Below, piece by piece: positions 18,847 through 28,656 of a stretch of DNA of 51,274 bases; positions within the stretch are counted from its first letter, which is position 1, and each line of letters starts with the position of its first letter. Position numbers and translations under genes: made by a program. The stretch covers positions 1 through 51,274 of the forward strand of contig JBDKRC010000021.1 of assembly GCA_039683575.1 (NCBI GenBank), in the 5' to 3' direction. This DNA is from Armatimonadia bacterium. GTDB lineage: Bacteria; Armatimonadota; Zipacnadia; Zipacnadales; UBA11051. The notes beneath the pieces are model-generated. The model did not search any database. It had not been told where the DNA came from and saw nothing but the letters and a program-made list of their open reading frames with translations.

Positions 18847-20198
18847 TCCTCTTCCTGAACATGTACGAGCGGGATCAGGCACCTGATGGTCGTGCCTTTG
18901 CCCTCCTCGCTGTCCACCTGGATCTTAGCCTGGTGCACATCCATCACATTCTTGACGATCTTCGTTCCCAGCCCGGTGCCCATCGGCTTGGTGCTCACCG
19001 CGTTGTCGGTGAAGGCCTTCGCCTTCACATCCGGCGGCATCCCCTGCCCCGTGTCCACGACCTCGAGCACCACGAACGGCCCCTCTCCCACTTCGGCAAA
19101 CTCTCCCGCTTCACTGAGCCGCGTCTTGGTCGTAACGCTCCCGCCGCACGGTGTCGCCTGCACCGCATTGTTCACCAGGTTATAGATTGCGTTGTACATC
19201 TGCTTGTCATCGAAATCAACGTCGGGCAGTTCCCCCTGCGGCTCATAGCTGACCTTAACCCCCGATTTCTCTCCCACAAGTTCCAGCGGCTTGATGACTT
19301 TGTCTATCACCGTACCGAGTTGCTGGCGCTCGAAGTGCGGCTCTGACACGATCCCCTTCACCGCCGCCGACACCTCCACCATCCGCTGCTGCACCGCATC
19401 GCACCCGTCCAGCACCATCTGCAGCATCTCCGGGTACATCACCCGCAGATCATCCAGCGCCGTCCAGACCTCATCCAGCGGACACTGTGGCGACTGCTCA
19501 GGCGTCAAGAGCTCATCCAGCCGCAGGTAAGTGTCGTCCGCGATCATCTGCAGCGTCTCCGCCCCCGTCTGCGAAGGCGTTATCATGTTTTTGACGTCAT
19601 GGCTCAAGTTCCCGATGAACCGCACGACCTCTGCCAGCCGCGCTTCCTCATACAGACGCGTCGACTCAATGGCGATGGCAATCTGCCCGCCCAGAATGTC
19701 CAGCACCTCGACATCGCCCTCGTCGAACCGCCCCTTGTCCTTGTTGAGCACCTGCATCACGCCCAGGCTGCGTCCGTCCGGGCTCTTCAGGGGCACCGTC
19801 ACCATGTTGCGCGTCTGGTACTTCAGCTTCTCTTCGAAATCCCGCGCATGGTCAGCTTCCTTGCTGACATCCTCACTCACCCGTATCTCGCCGGACTGGA
19901 AGACCGCCCCCGCCATCCCCTGCGTCGGCTCAAGCTCCATCCCGATCAGATCATCCGCCTTGGCCCCAATGACATGCCGAAACACCAGCTTGTCCTTATC
20001 CGGATCGTATAGGATGACCGAACCGTCCTTGGCCCCGACACACTCAAGCGAAACCCGCAGTGCTTCCTTCACCAGATCATTGAGCTTCGTGACTGTTCTC
20101 AGAGCCGCAGTGATCGAGTGGATCGAGGCAAGCTGTCGATCTCGCTGTGCCAGCCGAGCCTGCAACTCTTCCACCTTGTCGCAAGGTTCATCTGCCAT
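18843..20198 (-). CDS. GAF-domain sensor histidine kinase (cytoplasmic)
   Basis: GAF segment (GMAGAVFQSGE..TRNMVTVPL..GVMQVLNK); H-box SHDVKN; N-box NLVNNA; DTGQGM; GTGLG. Confidence 0.92.
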   Translation of the reverse strand: MADEPCDKVEELQARLAQRDRQLASIHSITAALRTVTKLNDLVKEALRVSLECVGAKDGSVILYDPDKDKLVFRHVIGAKADDLIGMELEPTQGMAGAVFQSGEIRVSEDVSKEADHARDFEEKLKYQTRNMVTVPLKSPDGRSLGVMQVLNKDKGRFDEGDVEVLDILGGQIAIAIESTRLYEEARLAEVVRFIGNLSHDVKNMITPSQTGAETLQMIADDTYLRLDELLTPEQSPQCPLDEVWTALDDLRVMYPEMLQMVLDGCDAVQQRMVEVSAAVKGIVSEPHFERQQLGTVIDKVIKPLELVGEKSGVKVSYEPQGELPDVDFDDKQMYNAIYNLVNNAVQATPCGGSVTTKTRLSEAGEFAEVGEGPFVVLEVVDTGQGMPPDVKAKAFTDNAVSTKPMGTGLGTKIVKNVMDVHQAKIQVDSEEGKGTTIRCLIPLVHVQEEE

Positions 20199-20304
20199 TA
20201 GAGACTTCTCCCTCCATTCACCCAGAGGCTGCTTGCTCCATTCTCTACACCCGCGCCCTTCTCCTTCCCACCCCGTGACATGGCGCAGACCTCAAAGTCC
20301 AACT

Positions 20305-20357
20305 CGCGTAGGTCGGTCCGTCTCCCCCCGCGTAGGTCGGTTCGTCTCGAACCGACT
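20305..20357 (+). repeat. GTAG-type REP-like palindrome with a partial tandem copy
   Basis: cgcGTAGgtcggtccgtctc followed by cgcGTAG-gtcggttcg-tct-cgaaccgac (9-bp stem). Confidence 0.6.
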
Positions 20358-20448
20358 GAGTCCCAATCGCACAATCCGCAACGCGTCGGACGTCGCACCT
20401 TCTGCACGTAACGTATCCGTAATCAACACAAATAACAACAATAGCTTC

Positions 20449-20476
20449 TTGACGCCACCACTGAACTTGTGATACT
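20449..20476 (+). promoter_or_regulatory. Putative promoter of the cold-shock gene
   Basis: TTGACG, 16-nt spacer, extended -10 TGtGATACT. Confidence 0.55.
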
Positions 20477-20585
20477 GTGGCGCACGAGGGGCCGATAGAC
20501 ACACAGAGATGTACACCACGTTGTATCACCTCGTCGTCGTCTCACAGCCCTCCGGTTAGCCGCATACGTTCAGGAGGTTTCGTAC

Positions 20586-20813
20586 ATGCCGAAAGGCACA
20601 GTCAAGTGGTTCAATGATTCAAAGGGTTTCGGTTTCATCGCGCAGGATGGCGGCGAGGACGTCTTCGTCCACTACTCCGCTATCTCTGGCGAAGGGTATC
20701 GCTCGCTGGTCGAGGGTTCCCGCGTTGAGTTCGAAGTCGAACAGAGCGCCAAGGGCCCGCGTGCCACGAATGTAATCGTGGTCGAGGCTGCACCCGAAGC
20801 CGACTCCTGGTAG
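20586..20813 (+). CDS. csp: Cold-shock protein (CSD)
   Basis: [15 protein letters not shown] (RNP1), DVFVHYSAI (RNP2); AGGAGG RBS. Confidence 0.97.
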   Translation: MPKGTVKWFNDSKGFGFIAQDGGEDVFVHYSAISGEGYRSLVEGSRVEFEVEQSAKGPRATNVIVVEAAPEADSW

Positions 20814-20917
20814 CCCAAAATCGGCTCTAACCGAGCCAATGGGATACCCCCAACCGCTGTCTTGTCGGGACAACACGGACGTGCCTTGACGGCTGTACGT
20901 ATGACCGACGAACCTCG

Positions 20918-20951
20918 AGCCGCGCCCCTCAGAAGGCGCGGCTTGTTCTTT
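20918..20951 (+). terminator. Intrinsic terminator after csp
   Basis: agccgcgcc/ggcgcggct stem followed by tgttcttt. Confidence 0.7.
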
Positions 20952-20967
20952 GGTTGCCCCCTCTGCC

Positions 20968-21381
20968 CTACTCCCCCATCACTTTCACAATCAACCGCTT
21001 GCGCCGCTGGCCATCAAACTCCGCATAGTACACTTGCTGCCACGTCCCCAGGTCCAGCCGCCCCTCAGTCACCGGCACGATCACCTCATGGTGGATCAGC
21101 AGGCTCTTGAGGTGCGAGTCGCCGTTGTCCTCACCCGTCCGGTGATGCTTGTAGTCCGCCTTGTACGGCGCCAGACGTTCCAGCATCTCGTCAATGTCCT
21201 GAATGATCCCGCTCTCGGCGTCATTGACATACACCCCCGCCGTGATGTGCATGGCCGAAACTAGTACCATCCCCTCCACAATCCCGCTCTCCTCCACCGC
21301 CGTCTCGACCTCCCCGGTGATATTGATATACTCCCGGTGGCCTTTGGTGTTGAAATACAAGTACTTGGTCAACGTCTTCAT
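20968..21381 (-). CDS. YjbQ/UPF0047 family protein
   Basis: [45 protein letters not shown]. Confidence 0.92.
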   Translation of the reverse strand: MKTLTKYLYFNTKGHREYINITGEVETAVEESGIVEGMVLVSAMHITAGVYVNDAESGIIQDIDEMLERLAPYKADYKHHRTGEDNGDSHLKSLLIHHEVIVPVTEGRLDLGTWQQVYYAEFDGQRRKRLIVKVMGE

Positions 21382-21397
21382 CTCACGCCTCCAGTAC

Positions 21398-21470
21398 AGA
21401 GAGAGCGCAGGCCACCATGACCTGCGCTCTCTCTTCATTCGCTGTCATTCTGAGCAAAGCGAAGAATCTC
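21398..21470. repeat. 14-bp inverted repeat plus a short palindromic repeat-like element
   Basis: agagagagcgcagg(21398-21411)/cctgcgctctctct(21421-21434), followed by tgtcattctgagcaaagcgaagaatctc. Confidence 0.55.
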
Positions 21471-21482
21471 CGGCCGCCTCGC

Positions 21483-22274
21483 CTACTTGGTGTCAAGCAG
21501 CAACTGCAGGTGGGCGCCGGTGTCCAGCACCATCTGCTCGGGGTACTGCGGGTAGCTCGCCAGCTCCGCGGTCAGGTAGTCATTGTAGCCCACGCCGCGC
21601 AGCGCGTTCATGACCCGCGGGAAGTCCACGTTGCCGGTGAGCAGCGGCACGAAGTCCTTCTTCTGCGTGTTGTAGTCCTTGATGTGGATCTTGCAGATGC
21701 GCTCGGCCAGGATCTCGATCCACTGGTGGGGATAGCCGTACTGCAGGATGTTGCCTACGTCGAAGTACGCGCACACCAGTTCGTGCTCGAAGCTGTCAAT
21801 GTAGTCGCGCATCTCCAGCGGGCTGAGCAGGAACTTGTTCCAAACGTTCTCGAGACCCATGATGATGCCGGTCTCTTCCGCGGTCGGGAGCAGTTCCGCG
21901 ATGCTCTTGCGGGAGATCTCCCACGCTGCGGCGTACGACACGTCCTCATTCACTACCGCCGGCACTACGAGCACCGTCTTCGCGCCCGCCCACTTGGCTA
22001 CCCACAAAGCATGCTTGATGCCCTCGACAGCCTGCTCGCGGATGCCCTCGTCGGTGCTGGACAGAGGATAAGCCCAGTGTGTCGAGGCCATCACGCTGTG
22101 GATCTCGATGCCGGCTTCGGCTGCCGCCGCGGTAATCTCCTGAACCTGCTGCTCGCTCTCGTAATCGCTCGGTATCTCTACGCCCTGTAGCCCGGCCTTG
22201 GCCGCCAGCGCAAACCTGTCCTTCAATGAGAGCTTCGCGGGCAGACTGCCGAAGTATATCGCTTTCTTCACCAT
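21483..22274 (-). CDS. Sugar phosphate isomerase/epimerase (xylose-isomerase-like TIM barrel)
   Basis: ENVWNKFLLSPLE, YFDVGN, IHIKD, LTAE metal ligands. Confidence 0.88.
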   Translation of the reverse strand: MVKKAIYFGSLPAKLSLKDRFALAAKAGLQGVEIPSDYESEQQVQEITAAAAEAGIEIHSVMASTHWAYPLSSTDEGIREQAVEGIKHALWVAKWAGAKTVLVVPAVVNEDVSYAAAWEISRKSIAELLPTAEETGIIMGLENVWNKFLLSPLEMRDYIDSFEHELVCAYFDVGNILQYGYPHQWIEILAERICKIHIKDYNTQKKDFVPLLTGNVDFPRVMNALRGVGYNDYLTAELASYPQYPEQMVLDTGAHLQLLLDTK

Positions 22275-22374
22275 GATCCTCCTGTGGGGATGATGTTGTG
22301 CGCATATTCAGAACCGACCGCCACTTCGCCACCACCACAGCCCCCACCTCCAAACCTGTTAGCGACCAGCCGCA

Positions 22375-23472
22375 CTAGCTCTTGGCCTCTCCGCCGGCCG
22401 GCACCGACGGGTTCCACCAGACCGTCGCAAAGACGTGATTCCACAGCGTCTGCCGGTCTGGCTGCACCGACCGCTTGAGGTAATAGTCAACGGCTTCGCG
22501 GCTGGTATTGGCCCGGAACGCCACTAACGTTGACTGCCGTCTCTGATCGTTCTCTATGTCGGCCAGCACGCGGATCGTGATCGCATCCACACCGTCATCC
22601 GACCGGGTCGCCGCCACTGCCAGCTTCCACGCCATGTCGATCACTGTGCCATAGATGTCGGCACGAGAGGTTCCCGTTGGCAGCTTCACTGTTATCATGC
22701 TGTAGCCTGTAAACGGGTCGAGTACGGCCTGCAAATCCTGCCCCGCCGCCTTGCCCGAGGGCCACGTCAAGCCGGCAAGTGCCCTGGTAAGCAGCACATC
22801 CCGGTCTGACATCGGTGCCTCGACATTCTGCGTGATACGCACCGGCGGCATGTTCGTCCTTGGGGTCTCGGCCCCGGTCGTGGGCGTCGGCGTGAGCGTC
22901 GGGCTGGTGGTCCCGGCCTGGGTTGCAGGTCGGCCTCCTGCCACTGTGCGGCCCGGCGCCGTCGCGGTCGTCTTTGGCACCGCGGGCTGCTCGCCGGCCG
23001 GTGCTCCTGCCCGACCACTGGGACGCACTCGCCCGCCGGCCCTGGCTCCCTCGCCGCGCTGACCGCCACCGCTCAACCCGGCGATAAGCGCGATTGCCAA
23101 CACCAGCAGCAGCAAGCCGCCAATTCCCGCTATGAGCAGCTTTCGCTTGTCTAGCTCCCGCGGGCGTACCTCCTCGAAGCCTGCTAGACGGGTCTCGTCC
23201 AGGAGGTCCCGCTCGCGCGATAGCCGCTCGCGCCATCGCTGGCTTGGCTCCAGCCGCAGCGCCAGTTCGAACCATTCGATGGCCTCGCGATGCTCATGCC
23301 GGGCCGACGCCACCTCCGCCATGGCCGCATGTACGGGCGCATTGTTGGGGTAGTGCAGCAGCAGCCGCTGCGCCAGTTCCTGCGCACGGTCGAGGTTCCG
23401 CCGCTCAACCAGCAGCAGCACCTCACTCAATTGCTCCTCTAGCGACGGCTCACCAGTCCGCTCGTCATGCAT
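22375..23472 (-). CDS. Membrane-anchored TPR protein with Pro/Thr-rich linker
   Basis: N-terminal TPR-like helices, one TM segment (LLIAGIGGLLLLVLAIALIAGL), low-complexity linker, globular C-terminus. Confidence 0.65.
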   Translation of the reverse strand: MHDERTGEPSLEEQLSEVLLLVERRNLDRAQELAQRLLLHYPNNAPVHAAMAEVASARHEHREAIEWFELALRLEPSQRWRERLSRERDLLDETRLAGFEEVRPRELDKRKLLIAGIGGLLLLVLAIALIAGLSGGGQRGEGARAGGRVRPSGRAGAPAGEQPAVPKTTATAPGRTVAGGRPATQAGTTSPTLTPTPTTGAETPRTNMPPVRITQNVEAPMSDRDVLLTRALAGLTWPSGKAAGQDLQAVLDPFTGYSMITVKLPTGTSRADIYGTVIDMAWKLAVAATRSDDGVDAITIRVLADIENDQRRQSTLVAFRANTSREAVDYYLKRSVQPDRQTLWNHVFATVWWNPSVPAGGEAKS

Positions 23473-23475
23473 TGT

Positions 23476-23982
23476 TCATTCCCCCATCGGTCCGCGATTC
23501 CGGGTCTCGTACTTCTTCTCCATGCGGTACCGAATGGGCTCATAGCCGGAGGCCTGATATAGGTCTATCGCGCGGGTGTTGCACAGGCTGGCGTCCAGAG
23601 ACGCCTTCGTACAGCCGTTGCTGCGGAACCACTCGTCAGCCGTCTCCAAAAGCAGTCTGCCCAAGCCTTTCCCCCGAAGCTGTGGCGCCACGTAGATGTT
23701 CTTTATGTACCCGACAAAGGGCTCGACCATTGTGGTAATCAAGGCCGCCCACAGGAAGCCACAGACACTGCCATCGTCATCCTCCAGCACCATCAGGTAC
23801 TCACCGGGATGCTTCAACGCTCGCCGAAGCTGCTGCTCATAGTCCCTCAAGAACATTTGATTCATGCGGAAGCCGGGAAAGTTGGTCTCATAGATCTCGG
23901 CCTGAAAGCCCAGGACCGCCGCGCGGTCTGTGCGCCAGTTCATCTCGCGTACATGCGGCAAGTCAATCGCCCTCCCACGCAT
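23476..23982 (-). CDS. GNAT N-acetyltransferase
   Basis: IYVAPQLRGKGLG; NTRAIDLYQASGY. Confidence 0.85.
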   Translation of the reverse strand: MRGRAIDLPHVREMNWRTDRAAVLGFQAEIYETNFPGFRMNQMFLRDYEQQLRRALKHPGEYLMVLEDDDGSVCGFLWAALITTMVEPFVGYIKNIYVAPQLRGKGLGRLLLETADEWFRSNGCTKASLDASLCNTRAIDLYQASGYEPIRYRMEKKYETRNRGPMGE

Positions 23983-24117
23983 GAGTTAGCTCCGATGCCA
24001 GCGTCCGCCGTTGCCTCTCACCGTTGCCTTTCGCCGTCGGCCGTGTGGAGCGCGGGCATCCCTGCCCGCACGCCGTTACCCCTGACCAACTTACCCTCTC
24101 CCCCTCCGTCCTCCCCA

Positions 24118-24209
24118 GGCCCGAAGGGCCGTCAGCCTCTAGCCAGGTCCGCAAGGGCCTGGAAACACCCGCTCCCCTCATCTTGAACCCCGAAGGGGCG
24201 CCAGCCTCT
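24118..24209 (+). repeat. Three-hairpin dispersed repeat element (copy 1)
   Basis: ggccc-gaa-gggcc + gtcagcctctag + ccaggtcc-gcaa-gggcctgg + 25 nt + cccc-gaa-gggg. Same architecture occurs at 29707-29796 on the minus strand. Confidence 0.6.
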
Positions 24210-24228
24210 CCCCTCATGCGTCCCATCA

Positions 24229-24963
24229 TCACAATGGCTTCCCCAGCGTCCAGCTCACCAGCCTGTCCTGCCCACGACGGATCGGTAAAGGGTCGAACAT
24301 TCCACCAGACCAAATTGTTGTCAATACAGCCACTGAGATTACGGTCGCCGCCACTGCCTCCCCAACTAGAAGCCATACGGGCGTGGCACCAGCAGATACC
24401 TTCACCCATACAGGAATCACCGCGAATCCGGCGGCAGCCGTCATGGCACTCGCGCCAACCTGAAATGCTCGCTTAGTTTCCGGCACCGCCAGAAGCGCTG
24501 CGTTGCCATCCGGCTCCAACGCACCCAGACTGAGATACATCTTCCATTCGTACGATTGCCCAAGCAGCAAACAAATGGCTATCAGAGCCGCCCCAACAGT
24601 TGGCAGACCGATAAATACAGGAAGAAGACTAACCGCGCTCATCAGCAGATATGGATGAAAGCGGCTGCGTCTCAGTTCAAGCACCGCAATACCCATACAG
24701 AGCGCGATCAGTGAAAGCGTTACCCACGGCAACATTTCCTCAATGGCCCGCACGGCATCGACTTCGGAATGAGGCGGAACCTGTTGCGACATAATCAATA
24801 ACCACGCCACCAAGAGCATCTGCGGAGCATCAAACAACCATAGTAAGTCGGAGCTACTTGTAAGCAGTGCCAAGCCGCGCCGCCGTCTCCCGCGTGGGGT
24901 GGTGAAACCCACGAGCGACATGAGCACAACAAACAGGAGTAGCAGACGAAAGTAAGCGTACAT
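24229..24963 (-). CDS. Hypothetical multi-pass membrane protein (lower GC)
   Basis: 244-aa ORF with several hydrophobic segments; visibly more AT-rich than its neighbours. Confidence 0.55.
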   Translation of the reverse strand: MYAYFRLLLLFVVLMSLVGFTTPRGRRRRGLALLTSSSDLLWLFDAPQMLLVAWLLIMSQQVPPHSEVDAVRAIEEMLPWVTLSLIALCMGIAVLELRRSRFHPYLLMSAVSLLPVFIGLPTVGAALIAICLLLGQSYEWKMYLSLGALEPDGNAALLAVPETKRAFQVGASAMTAAAGFAVIPVWVKVSAGATPVWLLVGEAVAATVISVAVLTTIWSGGMFDPLPIRRGQDRLVSWTLGKPL

Positions 24964-25037
24964 TCATCCATCGTTTATTGAGCGGCAGACCGGAGCCATC
25001 AGAGCTCCCGCTCTTAGGATTGGCGACAGCCTCTCTC

Positions 25038-25298
25038 CTACACCCCTTCATCAATCAGCCGTACATGCTCCTCCACCACATGCCGCGGTGCCAGGGCGAC
25101 GAAGGCCCGCACCGCAAACAGCAGCACCGCCAGGTCATCCAACTGGTTCAACCCTATGAGAGGAAAATCGGGAATAGCGTCAAAGGGAAAAACGAAGTAA
25201 GCCAGCCCGCCCACTAGAACCAGCTTCGGCAGCCAACTGACGCGCTTGTCCATGAAAACCCGCCAGTACAGCTTGATCAGGTTCGGAAGGTGCAGCAT
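25038..25298 (-). CDS. YkvA/DUF1232 family membrane protein
   Basis: LAYFVFPFDAIPDFPLIGLNQLDD. Confidence 0.85.
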   Translation of the reverse strand: MLHLPNLIKLYWRVFMDKRVSWLPKLVLVGGLAYFVFPFDAIPDFPLIGLNQLDDLAVLLFAVRAFVALAPRHVVEEHVRLIDEGV

Positions 25299-25558
25299 CA
25301 GCCGGAGCTTTCCGGCAGGGCTGGAATAGTATGCTACCTTATCGACGAACTACAACCAGGGTTCTCCTTATCTCAACTCTGACAAGTACCAGATAGTTCA
25401 ACCTAAGATACCCCGGCATGGTTCCCATCGCAGGCATCATCCACAACAACTTCACCTTCATGTCCTACAGACGCACGAAATCCGCCCCCGCCTCACCCGT
25501 CAGGCAGTTTTCGTGGCCTGTTTCCCGTTTTGCGTTCTCTATTTTCGCTGTTCTCCCC

Positions 25559-26020
25559 TCACAACTGCACCAGCACGATCCCTGCCAGCGCCAGCAGCAC
25601 CCCTGCCAACTGCGACTTTGACAGCCGCTCCCTGAATATCACCCGCCCCGCCAGCAGCGTCAGGGACAGCGCCGTCGCCGGGACTATGGAGAAGACCACC
25701 ACGCCGCTCACGGCCTTCAGCGCCGCGAGCAGGAAGTAGACGCTCAGCACGCAACTCATCCCCGAGATCGCGCCGATCAGCACCCCCGCCTTGGTCAACA
25801 CCGCCCCCCGGGCGCGGAAGAGGAGGTACGACAGGAAGGTCGCCACGATGTACGTACAACACAGGAAAAACAGCCGGTACTCGCCCTGAAGCTCGGCCAG
25901 ACCCTTCTGACATATCCCGGCGGTCCCTTGCGCCAGGAACGCCAGCCCCACCATTTTCTGCCACATGGCGAAGTCGCCAGCGCCCTCCGCCTGCTGTTCG
26001 ACGGCCAGTTCCTCGGTCAT
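25559..26020 (-). CDS. EamA/DMT-family half transporter
   Basis: About 5 TM helices; IFRERLSKSQLAGVLLALAGIVL; start overlaps the upstream stop. Confidence 0.75.
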   Translation of the reverse strand: MTEELAVEQQAEGAGDFAMWQKMVGLAFLAQGTAGICQKGLAELQGEYRLFFLCCTYIVATFLSYLLFRARGAVLTKAGVLIGAISGMSCVLSVYFLLAALKAVSGVVVFSIVPATALSLTLLAGRVIFRERLSKSQLAGVLLALAGIVLVQL

Positions 26021-26484
26021 CAGGCCTTGCCCCCCGCCTCAGCCTCGCGACCTTTGCCGCGCCCGAGCAGCACAAGCGCCGCCATAAGGCATAGTACCCC
26101 GGTCAGCTTCGTCACAATCTCCTGCCACCCGCGCACGTCGCGAAGCTCCCCCCACACCAAAATGGACGCGAGCACCGGGAGCACGGTGGCGACCCGGAGA
26201 ACGGACCACGTCGCGTTCAAGCTCCCGAAGTTCAGCGCCCGCAGCCCCGTGTACCCCGCCACGAAGGTCGCCACACCGCTGACTATCCCGATGCCGCCTG
26301 CCAGCCCAAGGTGCGGCTGGGCCCACGCTTCACTCGCCGTCGCCAGCAGCACAATTGTCAGCAGCGTCCCCGAGGCTCTCAGCGCCAGATTGACCCCAAT
26401 GGCATCCAGCCCCCGCACCGCCGCCGTCTTCTGGGTCACACTCGTACTCACATAGAAAAGCACGGCCAAAACCACGTACAACAT
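26020..26484 (-). CDS. EamA/DMT-family half transporter
   Basis: About 5 TM helices; LPVLASILVWGE motif. Confidence 0.7.
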   Translation of the reverse strand: MLYVVLAVLFYVSTSVTQKTAAVRGLDAIGVNLALRASGTLLTIVLLATASEAWAQPHLGLAGGIGIVSGVATFVAGYTGLRALNFGSLNATWSVLRVATVLPVLASILVWGELRDVRGWQEIVTKLTGVLCLMAALVLLGRGKGREAEAGGKA

Positions 26485-26493
26485 ACAAACCGC

Positions 26494-27471
26494 CTACTTC
26501 CCGGCTATAGCCTGCACTGCCGCCGCCGAAGCGCTCTTCTCGACCAATCCCTGCAAGTCAGCTTCCATCAGCCTCGCGTGGGCCGCCTGTACCTTGGCCG
26601 AGGTGACATCCACATCCGACAGGCCAGTCTTCTCCAGCACCGCCGTGACGGCCTCCGGGCTGAGTTGCTCGTCCAGCCGCTCGATGATCTCCAGCAACGC
26701 CTGGTAGTCCGCGGCCGACAGCTTGTCCTTGGCCCTGATGTTCGCCGGCGGATTCGGCAGCAGCCGCCGGTCCACCGCGTCCGCGAGCCTGATACCCGCG
26801 TCATACATCGTCCCGCCAGCGGCGATCTGGTCCGCCAGGCGCCCCAGGTTGGTCCAGTTCACGAGTTCGGTCGTCACCTTGAAGTCCGGCATGGCCTTGC
26901 CGCTCAGGTCCTTCACTCCCAAATTCCACTCCGCCCGCCCCGGCCCGGTTGTGGCGCCAGTGGTCGCCACGACCTGCCCAGGGCCAGTGAGCGCGAATTT
27001 GAACTCCATCGAGCCCATCATGGCCCCCATCAACTTGGCCATCTGTTCGTCGCCCTCGGCCGCCGGAGCCTCGCCGATGCCCTCTGGCATCGCGGCCTGC
27101 AGGGTAAGGGTGTAGCGGGTCGTGAGCCTGTGTTGCCCGGTTCGCACTGTGAGTTTCGGCGCATCCTCATCGGTGAACAGCTTCTCTCCCGGTGCCGCTT
27201 TGCCCACTGCCTCGACCATCTCCCAGTTGCCCTCAGTGTACTCCCGGACCTTCCAGCGCTTGGCATCCGGGCCCTTGGCCAGGTCGGCAAAGGGGTTGCT
27301 GGTGGCCTCGCCCATCTCCTCGAGGTTCTTGTCGATGCCCATGAGCATCGTCGCCGAGGAAGATCCATCCGGCGCCACGGTCATGTCAACTCCAACCTTG
27401 ACACACCCTGACAGCAGCACTATGCCAATCACGTTCAAACCAACCGCCATCACCTTCGCAAAATGCCTCAT
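26494..27471 (-). CDS. Putative lipoprotein (LppM-like N-terminal domain)
   Basis: Lipobox LLSG-C followed by VKVGVDMTVAPDGS; ATG at 27471. Confidence 0.6.
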   Translation of the reverse strand: MRHFAKVMAVGLNVIGIVLLSGCVKVGVDMTVAPDGSSSATMLMGIDKNLEEMGEATSNPFADLAKGPDAKRWKVREYTEGNWEMVEAVGKAAPGEKLFTDEDAPKLTVRTGQHRLTTRYTLTLQAAMPEGIGEAPAAEGDEQMAKLMGAMMGSMEFKFALTGPGQVVATTGATTGPGRAEWNLGVKDLSGKAMPDFKVTTELVNWTNLGRLADQIAAGGTMYDAGIRLADAVDRRLLPNPPANIRAKDKLSAADYQALLEIIERLDEQLSPEAVTAVLEKTGLSDVDVTSAKVQAAHARLMEADLQGLVEKSASAAAVQAIAGK

Positions 27472-27576
27472 CAGGTCACCAATCCTTACCCCATATTGCG
27501 CAGAAAAAGTTAACCGATGTAACGATTCGATCCGAAACCATACCACTATAGAGCGAGGTAGGTTTGCGACATACCG

Positions 27577-28632
27577 CTAGTAGTAACCAGACTCCTCGAT
27601 CGCGTCAAAGAAAGCGACAATATTCTCCCACGGAACCTCGGGCTCAAGTACATGGGTCGGCGCCAGCAATAGTCCCCCACCTTTGCCGACGGTCTCAATC
27701 AGGTGCTTGATCGTTTGCCGCATATCCTGCGGCGTGCCAAATGGAAAAGTCGTCTGGGTCCCCACACAGCCCCAGAAGGCCACCTGGTCCCCGTAAAGCG
27801 CCTTCATCTCGGCCGGGTCGATACACTCGGGCTGCACCGGATTCAGGATGGTCATGCCGATCTCGATCAGGTCAGGTATGATCTCGCTGATGTTACCGTC
27901 TGAGTGGTAGAAGATGTGTATGCCGGGGTTGATTTCCCTCGCAGCCGCCCAAACCCTCTTCCAACGGGGTTTGAGCCACTCCCGCCACATCTGCGGGCTC
28001 ATCATCAGCCTGTCCTGCATACCCACATCGTCGCCGCAATGCAGCGAATCCACACCAGATTCAGCATATCTGCGCGCCATGAACTCCCGGTCGAAGGCAA
28101 TGCGGTCAAGGACGTACCCCGCCTGGTCCGGGTGCTCGACGAAGTCCATCATGAGCTTCTCCATCGAGGTAACCTGCCAGGCATTCTCCCAGATATGCCC
28201 CACCCCGCCGGAGACGAACCAGCCGTCATCGTGCAACTTCTGTACCTGGGCCTCCAGGTGGTCGTGGCGGTGCGGAGCGGTGAAGTCCGGCCACGGGAAC
28301 TCCTCCATCCGCCGCAGCTCCCGGACTTTCTTCATCGGGAAGTCGTAGCGCGTGAAGTGGTAGAACTCGCCAGGGATGTGGGCCCCGCCGTATTCACTGT
28401 AGCCAGTGCCCTCGGGGTGGCCGTCAGGATACCACTCGCTCCAGTCCACCTGCACCCCGGAGGCCTTGAATCCCACGTAGGAGGTGTCCAGGTCGAAATA
28501 CGAGCTTGGGTTGTCGGAGCCAGTCGCCTGCTTGAACTTCTCGTGGACCGCAGGGGTGAAGCTGATCTCTTTGGGTACCCGGTCAGGGACCTGGCGGTTC
28601 ATGGCGGTCAAGACGCGCTCGCGTTTGGTCAT
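27577..28632 (-). CDS. Uroporphyrinogen decarboxylase (URO-D/CIMS-like) family protein
   Basis: GDDVGMQ, FYHSDGN, LNPVQPE, FWGCVGTQ, APTHVL. Confidence 0.88.
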   Translation of the reverse strand: MTKRERVLTAMNRQVPDRVPKEISFTPAVHEKFKQATGSDNPSSYFDLDTSYVGFKASGVQVDWSEWYPDGHPEGTGYSEYGGAHIPGEFYHFTRYDFPMKKVRELRRMEEFPWPDFTAPHRHDHLEAQVQKLHDDGWFVSGGVGHIWENAWQVTSMEKLMMDFVEHPDQAGYVLDRIAFDREFMARRYAESGVDSLHCGDDVGMQDRLMMSPQMWREWLKPRWKRVWAAAREINPGIHIFYHSDGNISEIIPDLIEIGMTILNPVQPECIDPAEMKALYGDQVAFWGCVGTQTTFPFGTPQDMRQTIKHLIETVGKGGGLLLAPTHVLEPEVPWENIVAFFDAIEESGYY

Positions 28633-28656
28633 TGTGGTGTCCTCTGTTCGTTCAGG

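Noticed and set aside
25299-25460. AT-richer spacer as oriC
   Set aside because: Only one imperfect DnaA-box-like 9-mer (tcatccaca); no DUE repeats or dnaA/dnaN nearby.
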